34,796 nt of DNA from a virus (IMGVR_UViG_3300042360_000143:1-34796), one strand, 5' to 3'. Positions 1 through 8,116 are shown, counted from the first letter of the stretch. Program-made: numbers and translations. Notes: a model not told the origin generated them from the sequence alone.

Positions 1-111
1 GAGCAGCTTATCACCCGCAGCGACGGCAAACCATCAGTGGCACCCGCCACCGATAAGCGTCCAGCAATGGACGTAAAACCTGTCTTGGACGATTTCCAAG
101 GCTTAATCTAA
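1..111 (+). CDS. 3' end of DUF2800 (Cas4-like PD-(D/E)xK) phage nuclease, 5'-truncated
   Basis: Frame 1 reads EQLITRSDGKPSVAPATDKRPAMDVKPVLDDFQGLI* (TAA 109-111). The GKP..AP..DKRPA ending and the position before DUF2815/PolA match APSE-like modules. Confidence 0.7.
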   Translation, partial: EQLITRSDGKPSVAPATDKRPAMDVKPVLDDFQGLI

Positions 112-139
112 CTGCAAACTGAAGATTGGATAATGTAAA

Positions 140-724
140 ATGGCTACTCAAGTACTGCTCAAGAACGTAACGCTTGCCTTCCCCGCACTGGGCGAACCGC
201 AGGCATTCGGCGAAGGCGAACCGGCATACGGTGCTAAGTTCCCCATCGAGCCTAACTCCGAAAATGCTAAGCTTATCGAAGACGCCATCAAGGCCGAGGC
301 GAAAGAGGCGTGGAAGGACAAGGCAGACAGCGTGCTGGCTATGCTCGTCGAAGACGGCAAAGTCGCGTACTCGCGCCGCGAGTATCGCTCGAAGAAGACC
401 GGCGAGCCTTACGCTGGCTTCGAAAAGACGTTCTACCTCGGCACCCGTAACGCGTCGGTTCAGCCGTCCGTATACGACCAGTACGGCGACCCTGTCGTCG
501 GCAAGGCCGAAATCACCCGCAAGGCGTTCAGCGGCGCGGTTGTGAATGCGTCTGTCGAAGTGTGGGCGCAGGACAACAAGTGGGGTCGGCGCATCAACTG
601 CTCGCTGCGCGGCATCATGCTGACCGGCGAAGGCCAAAGCTTCGGTGGCGGATCGAGCCCAGCATCTGCTGATGAGTTCGCGTCCTTCGCTAAGGCCAAG
701 GCAGACGCAGACGACGTCCTGTGA
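140..724 (+). CDS. DUF2815-family phage ssDNA-binding protein (T7 gp2.5-like)
   Basis: 194 aa with L.FPAL, SGAVVNAS, WAQDNKWGRRINCSLRGI, GEGQSFGGG and an acidic tail (ADADDVL); lies in the replication module. Confidence 0.85.
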   Translation: MATQVLLKNVTLAFPALGEPQAFGEGEPAYGAKFPIEPNSENAKLIEDAIKAEAKEAWKDKADSVLAMLVEDGKVAYSRREYRSKKTGEPYAGFEKTFYLGTRNASVQPSVYDQYGDPVVGKAEITRKAFSGAVVNASVEVWAQDNKWGRRINCSLRGIMLTGEGQSFGGGSSPASADEFASFAKAKADADDVL

Positions 725-975
725 GCATAATCGGCCACAACTCCAGCGAAGAGCAACTGCGCCTCTTAATCGAGCGTGTTGAGCGTCTGGAGGAAGAAGA
801 AAAGGGCATTCGCGATGACAAGAAGGATGTCTACAGCGAAGGCAAGGCCCTCGGCTTCGACGTGAAGATCATGCGACAAATCGTCCGCCTGCGGAAGATG
901 ACTAAGGATGATCGGGCGGAGATGGAGGCCATACTGGAGACCTACAAAAAGGCTCTTGGCATGGATCTGCTCTAA
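721..975 (+). CDS. gapR: GapR / DUF2312 nucleoid-associated DNA-binding protein
   Basis: 84 aa; EQLRLLIERVERLEEEEKGIRDDKKDVYSEGKALGFDVKIMRQIVRLRK...LETYKKALGM is the DUF2312 signature; GTGA overlap with the SSB gene. Confidence 0.92.
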   Translation: MSIIGHNSSEEQLRLLIERVERLEEEEKGIRDDKKDVYSEGKALGFDVKIMRQIVRLRKMTKDDRAEMEAILETYKKALGMDLL

Positions 976-984
976 CTGTATAAG
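956..984 (+). promoter_or_regulatory. Putative sigma70-type promoter
   Basis: TTGGCA (956-961), 17-nt spacer, TATAAG (979-984). The predicted start (~990-991) falls at the 5' arm of the first hairpin. Confidence 0.55.
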
Positions 985-987
985 ATT

Positions 988-1104
988 GGTGCGTCGGTCT
1001 CTATCCACCCTTAAGACCGACGCACCTCTATTCTGGCGAGCCGCGCGTGGTGCGGGTGCTCCTGCGTTGCTGATACACGATCGCGCGGCTCACCAGAATA
1101 GAGG
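988..1104 (+). ncRNA. Candidate structured regulatory/antisense RNA (two hairpins)
   Basis: Perfect 13-bp stem 988-1000/1014-1026; 23-bp stem 1025-1047/1082-1104 with one mismatch; loop 1056-1078 is complementary to 4187-4209. Confidence 0.65.
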
Positions 1105-1113
1105 AGTATCAGC

Positions 1114-1413
1114 ATGACTAAACTAACAATCCCACAGATCCGCGACTTGATCTCTGAACTGACCGATGAAGGCACAAAGTTGGCCCGTCGGCAGTATGAG
1201 ATAAACTTGCGCATAAACGCGTTGATGCAGGAGACGTATCGCCGCAGCTACAGCCGTGCGCCTACAAAGAGCAAACGCATCACGGCAGACGTGCGCGCGT
1301 CCGTTCGGGCTATGGCGGAAGCCAACCCCGACATGTCTCACCAAGAAATCGGAACCGCGCACAACATCAATCAGGGTCGCGTCAGCGAGATCTTGCACGG
1401 ACATCGGGGATGA
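1114..1413 (+). CDS. Small protein with C-terminal helix-turn-helix
   Basis: 99 aa, GAGGAG RBS, N-terminal coiled coil, HTH-like PDMSHQEIGTAHNINQGRVSEIL; ATGA overlap with the polymerase gene. Confidence 0.75.
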   Translation: MTKLTIPQIRDLISELTDEGTKLARRQYEINLRINALMQETYRRSYSRAPTKSKRITADVRASVRAMAEANPDMSHQEIGTAHNINQGRVSEILHGHRG

Positions 1414-3380
1414 CTACACTTTGGCTTGACCTTGAAACCTACAGCACCGTGCCGATTAAGCACGGCGCGCACCGCTACGCCGAAGAGGCCGAGGTGCTGC
1501 TTGTGGCGGTCGCAGTAGACGGCGAGCCCACGCAGGTGTGGGACTGTACGCAGGGCCACGCTGATTGGCGCAAGCGCCTGCAGGCGCTGATCAACGCAGC
1601 CGACACCGTCGTCATCCACAACAGTGCGTTCGATCGCACCGTGCTGCGCCACTGCGGCGTGCACGTGCCGTTGGAGAAGGTCGAAGACACGATGGTTCTG
1701 GCGCTGGCGCACAGCCTGCCTGCGTCGCTTGGCACGCTCTGCGACATCCTCGGCGTGCCCGTCGATAAAGCTAAAGACAAGTCGGGTAAAAAGCTGATAC
1801 AGTTGTTTACCAAGCCGTGCCCTCGGAACTGGAAGATACGGCGCGCAACGTCGGAGACGCATGCAGATGAGTGGACCAATTTCGTCGAATACGCCCGCCT
1901 CGATGTGGACGCGATGCGAAACATACACGGACGCATACCAAGATGGAATTATACACATGGTGAGCGCCACCTTTGGCAACTCGACCAAGGAGTTAATGAC
2001 CGTGGTATCGCCGTCGATGTTGACCTCGCGCAGGCAGCAATCCGAGCTTTTCGACGAGCTTCTGGATCTCTGGCCACTCGTGCGTCAAGCCTGACTGGCG
2101 GCGCGGTTCCCAACACAACGCAGCGCGAGAAGCTCCTGCAGTACCTGCGCACGTCACGCGGGCTTGAGCTGGAAGACCTGACGAAGGCGACCGTCGAGAC
2201 CCTGCTGAAGGGTGAACTGGACCCGCTGACGCGCGAGCTGCTTGAGATCCGACAACAGGCCTCGGCCACGTCGCCTGCGAAGTACGGCGCACTGATGGAC
2301 GCGGCCTCGGCCGACGGTCGCTTGCGCGGGACGATGCAGTTCTGCGGCGCAGCTCGCACAGGCCGTGACGCGGGGCGTATCTTTCAGCCGCAGAACCTAC
2401 CCCGATCGCCCGACTGGTTCGACGGCGACGTGCAGGAGCAGACGATTATTGCCTTTAAGGCGGACTGCGAAGACATCCTGTACGACAACGTCAGCGAGCG
2501 CTGCGCCTTCGCCGTGCGCGGCTGTCTGGTCGCCGCCAAGGGCAAGAAGTTCGCCATCGCCGACCTGTCCAACATCGAGGGGCGCGTGCTTGCGTGGATG
2601 GCGGGCGAGGAGTGGAAGATCGAGGCCTTCAAGGCGTACGATCGCGGCGAGGGCGCAGACCTGTACAAGGTCACCGCCGGGCGCATCCTCGCCAAAGATC
2701 CGTTCGACGTGACGAAGGCCGAGCGCCAGACGCAGGGCAAGGTGCCTGAGCTCGCTGGAGGCTACGGCGGCGGCCTCGGTGCCTACCGCAAGATGGGCGG
2801 CGCAGTGTTCGACGCAATGGACGACGAGACCATCATGGAGATCGTGCACGCGTGGCGTAAGGCGCACCCTGCGACGAAGCGCTTTTGGTACGACATCGAG
2901 GGCGCGGCGCGCGCCGCCGTGCGTGCAGATGGCGAGAGCTTCGGCGTGCGCGGCGACATGGTGCGCTTCGACCGCATGCAGGGGCCCGACGGCGTCTGGT
3001 ACGTGCGCTGCCGCCTGCCGTCTGGCCGGTACCTGTGCTACCGCAGCATGCACATCAACGAGGACAGCAAGCTCGTGTACGAGGGCATGAACCAGTTCAC
3101 GCGCAAGTGGGAGCTGCAGGAGACGTACTACGGCAAGCTGGTCGAGAACATCGTGCAGGCCGTGGCGCGCGACGTCTTCATGACGGGCATGCGCCGCGCC
3201 GAGGAGAATGACTATCCCGTCGTCCTGCGCGTGCACGACGAGCTCGTGTGCGAGGTGCCCGACCACAAGGGCTATGACGCCGACACGTTGGCGGCAATGA
3301 TGTCGACGAACCCGAGCTGGTCGATAGGCCTGCCTTTGTCTGCTGCGGGCTTCGAGGGCCTGCGCTACCGTAAGGAGTGA
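1410..3380 (+). CDS. Phage DNA polymerase, family A, with 3'-5' exonuclease (APSE-like)
   Basis: Exo motifs WLDLETYS, HNSAFDR, YARLDV; ARTGRDAG; motif A IADLSNIEGRVLAW; motif B RQTQGKVPELAGGYGGG; motif C LRVHDELV. Confidence 0.95.
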   Translation: MTTLWLDLETYSTVPIKHGAHRYAEEAEVLLVAVAVDGEPTQVWDCTQGHADWRKRLQALINAADTVVIHNSAFDRTVLRHCGVHVPLEKVEDTMVLALAHSLPASLGTLCDILGVPVDKAKDKSGKKLIQLFTKPCPRNWKIRRATSETHADEWTNFVEYARLDVDAMRNIHGRIPRWNYTHGERHLWQLDQGVNDRGIAVDVDLAQAAIRAFRRASGSLATRASSLTGGAVPNTTQREKLLQYLRTSRGLELEDLTKATVETLLKGELDPLTRELLEIRQQASATSPAKYGALMDAASADGRLRGTMQFCGAARTGRDAGRIFQPQNLPRSPDWFDGDVQEQTIIAFKADCEDILYDNVSERCAFAVRGCLVAAKGKKFAIADLSNIEGRVLAWMAGEEWKIEAFKAYDRGEGADLYKVTAGRILAKDPFDVTKAERQTQGKVPELAGGYGGGLGAYRKMGGAVFDAMDDETIMEIVHAWRKAHPATKRFWYDIEGAARAAVRADGESFGVRGDMVRFDRMQGPDGVWYVRCRLPSGRYLCYRSMHINEDSKLVYEGMNQFTRKWELQETYYGKLVENIVQAVARDVFMTGMRRAEENDYPVVLRVHDELVCEVPDHKGYDADTLAAMMSTNPSWSIGLPLSAAGFEGLRYRKE

Positions 3381-3384
3381 GATT

Positions 3385-3654
3385 ATGACAACCGAATACA
3401 ACATAACATTTCTGTATGGATTTATGGAGCCGGACGGTGGCGCATCGTTCAGTTTCAACGCTGACACGCCCCGCAAGCTGATCTTGACCAAGGAGCGGTG
3501 CTTCGAGGCCGCCAATGCCGACACGGCGACTGTGCTGGTCAAGGACGGAAAGCCCAAGGCTAAGTGCGATGCCGATCGCGCATATCTACACTACATCATC
3601 GACTGTTGGCTTGACGGCAAGCCAGTCGACCTGCAGCCGAGTGAATTGGGATAG
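3385..3654 (+). CDS. Hypothetical protein
   Basis: 89-aa ORF with AAGGAG RBS, tightly packed after the polymerase gene. Confidence 0.7.
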   Translation: MTTEYNITFLYGFMEPDGGASFSFNADTPRKLILTKERCFEAANADTATVLVKDGKPKAKCDADRAYLHYIIDCWLDGKPVDLQPSELG

Positions 3655-3655
3655 C

Positions 3656-3877
3656 ATGTTCACGCAACTAAACCCGTCGATACCGATGGACACGGCCAAG
3701 GGCGCGGGTCTGGCGCTGGCCGTCATAGACTACGGACTGGAGCACAGCCTGCTCTGGGTCGTCGCGCTGGACGCCACCGGCGAGATCTGGTGCGTGCCAA
3801 ATGCCGACGTGCGTGCGCGGAAGAACTGGTCCGCAGGGCGGCACTTGGATCTGCGCCCCGGAGAGTGGGTGGAGTGA
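3656..3877 (+). CDS. Conserved phage hypothetical protein (73 aa)
   Basis: ATG 3656 directly after the previous stop; MFTQLNPSIPMDTAKG...IDYGLEHSLLWVV.LD.TGEIW..PN..VR..KN pattern recurs in environmental phages. Confidence 0.75.
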   Translation: MFTQLNPSIPMDTAKGAGLALAVIDYGLEHSLLWVVALDATGEIWCVPNADVRARKNWSAGRHLDLRPGEWVE

Positions 3878-4167
3878 CGCCCGCAGGCCGCCTGCAGGAC
3901 CATCTCAAGCACGTCGTGCAGAAGAGTGGGGGCCAGTACCGCAAGGTGCGTTGGGAGGGCCGCAATGGCTGCCCTGACTGCTTTGTGTGGTGGACGTGGC
4001 CGCACGTCGCCTTCATCGAGATCAAGGCCGACAAGGACCGCGTCAGCAAGGTGCAGGATCAGGAGATCCAGCGCATGCGGAACTACGGCGTGCCAGTGTA
4101 CATTGCGCGTTCGAACGAAGAAATCGACGAGATTGTAGAAAAAGTGCGAAAGGGTATTGCAAGCTGA
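3874..4167 (+). CDS. VRR-NUC domain nuclease (Holliday junction resolvase-like)
   Basis: GTGA overlap start; GRNGCPD...FIEIK...S.VQ PD-(D/E)xK motifs; standard position between PolA and the helicase. Confidence 0.88.
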   Translation: MTPAGRLQDHLKHVVQKSGGQYRKVRWEGRNGCPDCFVWWTWPHVAFIEIKADKDRVSKVQDQEIQRMRNYGVPVYIARSNEEIDEIVEKVRKGIAS

Positions 4168-4185
4168 TGTTGCATGTGCCACTAG
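4157..4185 (+). promoter_or_regulatory. Putative promoter for the 4215 ORF/helicase
   Basis: TTGCAA (4157-4162), 17-nt spacer, weak -10 CACTAG (4180-4185); predicted start ~4191; intergenic gap present. Confidence 0.35.
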
Positions 4186-4214
4186 GGTGCATCAGCAACG
4201 AAGGAGTACACGAC

Positions 4215-4367
4215 ATGGCAAAGAAACGCACCAAGGCAGAACTTAAGGCAATGGCATACGCCATAGCCGACGAAGTCGAGACCCGCGCCGAGGCTATCTG
4301 GCAACGCGCACCGAAGCTCACGTACGAGCAATGCCAGAGTTTGGCGCTACTGCAGATGCTCAAATGA
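4215..4367 (+). CDS. Small basic hypothetical protein (50 aa)
   Basis: AAGGAG RBS at 4201-4206; MAKKRTKAELKAMAYAIADE...; ATGA overlap with the helicase gene. Confidence 0.7.
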   Translation: MAKKRTKAELKAMAYAIADEVETRAEAIWQRAPKLTYEQCQSLALLQMLK

Positions 4368-5728
4368 CCTTCACCCCACACGACTATCAGAAAGAGGCTA
4401 TGGCGCACCTGTACAAGGTGCGCCGTTCCGCATTGTGGATGCCGATGGGCGGCGGGAAGACCGTGTCCACGTTGACCGCGCTCGACAATCTGTCGACGGT
4501 CGAGGACGTCTTCCCTGTTCTGGTGCTGGCACCGCTGCGCGTAGCGAAGTCGACGTGGCCTGACGAGGTGGCGAAGTGGCCGCATCTGGGCCACCTGCGC
4601 GTCAGTGTCATCACCGGCACGCCGAAGCAGCGTCAGGCTGCGCTCGACGCGCCAGCCGACATTTACTGCACGAATTACGACAACCTCGTCTGGCTGCGCA
4701 CCGCCCTCGGCGACGCGTGGCCGTTCAAGACGGTCGTGGCCGACGAATTCACGCGCCTGAAGTCCTACCGCATCCGTCAGGGTGGGTCGAGGGCACGGGC
4801 GCTGGGTCAGGTGGCGCACACGCACGTGACGCGCTTCATCGGGCTCACAGGGACGCCAGCGCCGAACGGCGTCAAAGACCTGTGGGGGCAGATCTGGTTC
4901 CTCGATCAGGGCGAGAGGCTGGGCAAGACGTTCAGTGCCTTCGAGAGCCGCTGGTTCCGCAAGGGATACGACGGCTACAGCCTCGTGCCGCACGATCACA
5001 CGCAGGCCGAGGTGGAGGAGAAGCTGAAGGACATCTGCCTCACGGTTCAGGGCCTGCAGGTTGACGAGCCAATAACGACGTCAATCTATGTCGACCTGCC
5101 TCCGAAGGCGCGCGTCGCGTACAACGAGATGGAGGCCGAGATGTTCGCCATCATAAACGAGGAGGGTGTCGAGGCACCGAATGCCGCCGTGCGCACGCAG
5201 AAGTGTCTGCAAATCGCCAACGGGGCCATATACACGAATGACGTAGGAGAGTGGGAGGATGTACATGCCGCGAAGTTGGACGCACTGGAGAGCATTATTG
5301 AAGAGGCCAATGGTGCGCCTGTTATCGTTGCCTATAACTTCAAGCACGATCTCGAACGTCTACAGGCTCGCTTCCGTCAAGGCAGGGTGCTGGACGCTGA
5401 CCCTGATACGATCAGGCAGTGGAACGCCGGACGGGTGCCGCTATTATTCGCTCACCCTGCGTCGGCGGGGCACGGGCTTAACCTCGCGGACGGGGGCAAC
5501 ATCCTCGCATTCTTCGGCGTCAACTGGAACTTAGAAGAGCACATGCAGATCATCGAGCGCATCGGCCCCATGCGGCAGAAGCAGGCGGGCTATGATCGAC
5601 CGGTGCACATTTACCCGATCCTCGCGCGCAACACGGTCGACGACATGGTCATGGAGCGACTGTCGTCGAAGAAGAGCGTGCAAGAAATACTATTGGAAGC
5701 ATTGAAGCGGAGAAAAGAACATGATTGA
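4364..5728 (+). CDS. SNF2-like superfamily 2 helicase
   Basis: HDYQ Q-motif, MPMGGGKT (I), VADEFT (II), LTGTP (III), SAGHGLNL (V), QIIERIGPMRQ (VI); start taken at ATG 4364. Confidence 0.93.
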   Translation: MTFTPHDYQKEAMAHLYKVRRSALWMPMGGGKTVSTLTALDNLSTVEDVFPVLVLAPLRVAKSTWPDEVAKWPHLGHLRVSVITGTPKQRQAALDAPADIYCTNYDNLVWLRTALGDAWPFKTVVADEFTRLKSYRIRQGGSRARALGQVAHTHVTRFIGLTGTPAPNGVKDLWGQIWFLDQGERLGKTFSAFESRWFRKGYDGYSLVPHDHTQAEVEEKLKDICLTVQGLQVDEPITTSIYVDLPPKARVAYNEMEAEMFAIINEEGVEAPNAAVRTQKCLQIANGAIYTNDVGEWEDVHAAKLDALESIIEEANGAPVIVAYNFKHDLERLQARFRQGRVLDADPDTIRQWNAGRVPLLFAHPASAGHGLNLADGGNILAFFGVNWNLEEHMQIIERIGPMRQKQAGYDRPVHIYPILARNTVDDMVMERLSSKKSVQEILLEALKRRKEHD

Positions 5729-5903
5729 ATTATCGAGGTACCAGCGATGGGCCAAGCAAGAGCGGGAGCAAGGCCCAAACTTTGAGCCGACGTACACCCC
5801 AGCCGAGTTGAAGCAGATAGCTGGGGCCGCGCGGCAGTGGTCGAGGAAGGACTTCGAGCCTTACGGCCGATCGCCCTCCTCGGCCATAGCCGTCGACGAA
5901 TAA
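5721..5903 (+). CDS. Hypothetical protein (60 aa)
   Basis: GGAG upstream and overlaps the helicase stop; its 3' end overlaps the convergent gene by 43 nt. Confidence 0.4.
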   Translation: MIELSRYQRWAKQEREQGPNFEPTYTPAELKQIAGAARQWSRKDFEPYGRSPSSAIAVDE

Positions 5904-8116
5904 CCCAAGGCAGCAAGGGCCGCCGCGAACGGAACGCCATTGCGTATCATTTCGACCGCTTTAGGCCAGTCGGCCTCGGCGAAGAACCGACGCGTGTTTT
6001 GGATGTCGCCACGGTACGACGCGCCCATATCGTTCTTACGGTTAAGGTCGCGCATGTACTTCTCGCGCAGGGCGTTGCGGATGCCTTCGCTTTCGCTGAT
6101 GTCCATCGCGACTGACTGCGGGTTCTGCGCGAACTCCTCAAGCAGGCCGCGTGTGGCCTCGCCGGAGTAAGGCGCAGTCGGTTCGATGCCCTCGTCGCCC
6201 CATTTACCGATGGCAGGCGTGTACAGGGCCGTGCCGCCAGCGGGTGTGGCTTTGCTTGGAAACGCAGCTTCGAGGCGCGCCAAGTCGAGGTCGCGCAAGG
6301 ACGACGGGCTTTCCGCAGGATTGTACGGGAACACGTACGCCCCACGGTTTGTGGCCGTGACGCCGTACTTCGATGCGTTGTCGCCTAGACCTTCGATTAG
6401 TGCTTGCAACTGCTCCGATGTTGGCTGCACGCCAGCTTCCGCCGCGCGGGCACCGCTGTCCATCAAAATGGCGTTCTTGCCGGGTAACGATCGGCGGGTG
6501 TTTGGCAAGTTCGCCGCAGAGGCCTCTTGCGCGTCCGCTACGCCACGGAAACGCGCGGCCACCGACATCGCACCTTCGCTCAAGGGCGATATGCGCCCGC
6601 CACCGCCGCCGGTGGGGTAATCCATAAGCGGCCTTGCGATAGACAGCGGGTTGAATTCAAAGTCACCCTGCATGTTTTGGTACGCGCCGGAGCTCTGCAC
6701 AGTCGGCAGTTGGCGTAGGCCAAGGGCGGAGTATATAAGATCTCGGTCGCCTTCGCCGACACTTGCGGGCATATCACCCATCATGCCAAGATCCATTGCG
6801 GCGCGTTCAGGCACTGGCTGCGACCACGAGCCTTGGTTGCCGTACGCTATCTTCTCTTCGGGTGTCATGCCGAGGACGTCGGACATGTGGCCGGTGGACG
6901 CGCCCGGCGTCATCTCGTACGTTTCGCTAAGGGCATGCTTGGGGAAATAATCCGCAGGGGTCATGTTGGCCTCGCGAATGGCGGCCGTCATACCTTCGAT
7001 AGGCTCACCGCCGAAACGCCCTGTCGGGCTGCTCCCACGAGAGTAGAGATCCTGCGCCTTGCCGTAGACCCAAGGAATTTCTTGCATCTGCTCGCCGCGC
7101 CAGTCGGTTATCCCGCCCATAGCGCGCTGGTTTGCGCGCTGTGTCATTAGGCCGGTCTCCATGTCCATGACAGGGTGCATTGTGCCGCTAACGGCTGCCT
7201 TCCAAGGCTCGCCGCTTGGATCTGTGTAACCCATGCCCTGCGCCCAACGGAAGTCGTTAACGCCGAATAGCCTTTTGCCGGAGGCTTCAGGCGTCAGGCG
7301 AGGATCTTGCTTGTTCTTGTACTCGCCGGTTTTGTCGCCAAGTACCGCAAAGCGGTTTTCGGCAACGGCATTGTCGAGGGCGCGTTCGCCCGCGCCACGG
7401 TAGGCCATAGCGGGCTCGCCAAGGGCGCGGGAATTGAGGTGCTTAAGCACAAAACCGAGTTCGCTTTCTGGCGACACGCCAGCGCTGTACACGCCGTGCT
7501 GCTCCAACGAGCGGTCCAACTGATACGGCTCGTTGCTGACGGCCATGCCAGCGCGTGCGCGGTCGTACCAGTTTCCGAGGTTCTCGGGATCTGCAAGTGC
7601 GATGGCGTCGGACGCTTGCTGGACGTTGGCGTCCAAGTCGCCGCGCATTACACGTAAGTCTGCGGGGCCGCTCACGGTGCGAGGGAAGCCGATGTAGCCG
7701 CTTTCGGTCCGCTTCAAATGCTCACCGGCGTTACCGGCGCGCAGCACGGCCTCGGGCCCTTGCTCCGCTTCCATTTGGCGGTAAATTGTGGGCTCGACGC
7801 GACCACGTTTGCCGCTGATTTGTTTCTGGCTTTGGTTAGTGTCGGCCTTGGCCACTTTGGTGCGGCGCTTGGCTTCTTGCTTCTGCTTGGAGCCAAAGCG
7901 CTCGTACACAGCAAGCTCCTGCGGCGTGTACGCACGCGTCGGCTCGGCTTTTGCGGCGAGCGGTTTCTTCGCCGCCTTCTTCGCAACAGGCTTAGCGGCG
8001 AGATCCGGCGCGCCAACGGCACGACGCAATGGCTTCTCAATCGCGTCGGGGATGTAATCCGACGCGAGCTTCAGCGCCTCTTCTACTGCCAGCCGCTTTA
8101 AGCTCTTCTTCGCCAT
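5861..8116 (-). CDS. Putative internal virion/effector protein with possible HhH-glycosylase-like domain
   Basis: 751 aa, last gene of the late operon; basic N-terminus; WY..YSAGVSP..GDK..NDFRW..GY..W..EQMQEIPW pattern; hydrophobic C-terminal helix. Confidence 0.6.
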   Translation of the reverse strand: MAKKSLKRLAVEEALKLASDYIPDAIEKPLRRAVGAPDLAAKPVAKKAAKKPLAAKAEPTRAYTPQELAVYERFGSKQKQEAKRRTKVAKADTNQSQKQISGKRGRVEPTIYRQMEAEQGPEAVLRAGNAGEHLKRTESGYIGFPRTVSGPADLRVMRGDLDANVQQASDAIALADPENLGNWYDRARAGMAVSNEPYQLDRSLEQHGVYSAGVSPESELGFVLKHLNSRALGEPAMAYRGAGERALDNAVAENRFAVLGDKTGEYKNKQDPRLTPEASGKRLFGVNDFRWAQGMGYTDPSGEPWKAAVSGTMHPVMDMETGLMTQRANQRAMGGITDWRGEQMQEIPWVYGKAQDLYSRGSSPTGRFGGEPIEGMTAAIREANMTPADYFPKHALSETYEMTPGASTGHMSDVLGMTPEEKIAYGNQGSWSQPVPERAAMDLGMMGDMPASVGEGDRDLIYSALGLRQLPTVQSSGAYQNMQGDFEFNPLSIARPLMDYPTGGGGGRISPLSEGAMSVAARFRGVADAQEASAANLPNTRRSLPGKNAILMDSGARAAEAGVQPTSEQLQALIEGLGDNASKYGVTATNRGAYVFPYNPAESPSSLRDLDLARLEAAFPSKATPAGGTALYTPAIGKWGDEGIEPTAPYSGEATRGLLEEFAQNPQSVAMDISESEGIRNALREKYMRDLNRKNDMGASYRGDIQNTRRFFAEADWPKAVEMIRNGVPFAAALAALGYSSTAMAEEGDRP

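Noticed and set aside
1001-1013. First hairpin loop (CUAUCCACCCUUA) as an antisense to RBS regions, e.g. GGGUGGA at 3867-3873 or AGGGUG at 4184-4189
   Set aside because: Only 6-7 nt matches, expected by chance; worth retesting if the RNA is confirmed.
988-1116. tRNA, hammerhead/HDV ribozyme or intrinsic terminator interpretation
   Set aside because: No cloverleaf or TTCGA loop, no CUGAUGA/GAAA core, and no U-tract after either stem.
2397-5000. Long minus-strand ORFs (386 and 318 aa) opposite the polymerase and helicase, and similar shadows opposite the fibre genes
   Set aside because: High-GC antisense frames with no motifs or RBS, fully overlapping well-supported genes.
5785-5811. EPTYTPAEL in the 60-aa ORF resembling EPTRAYTPQEL in the 751-aa protein
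   Set aside because: Too short and gapped to distinguish from chance.
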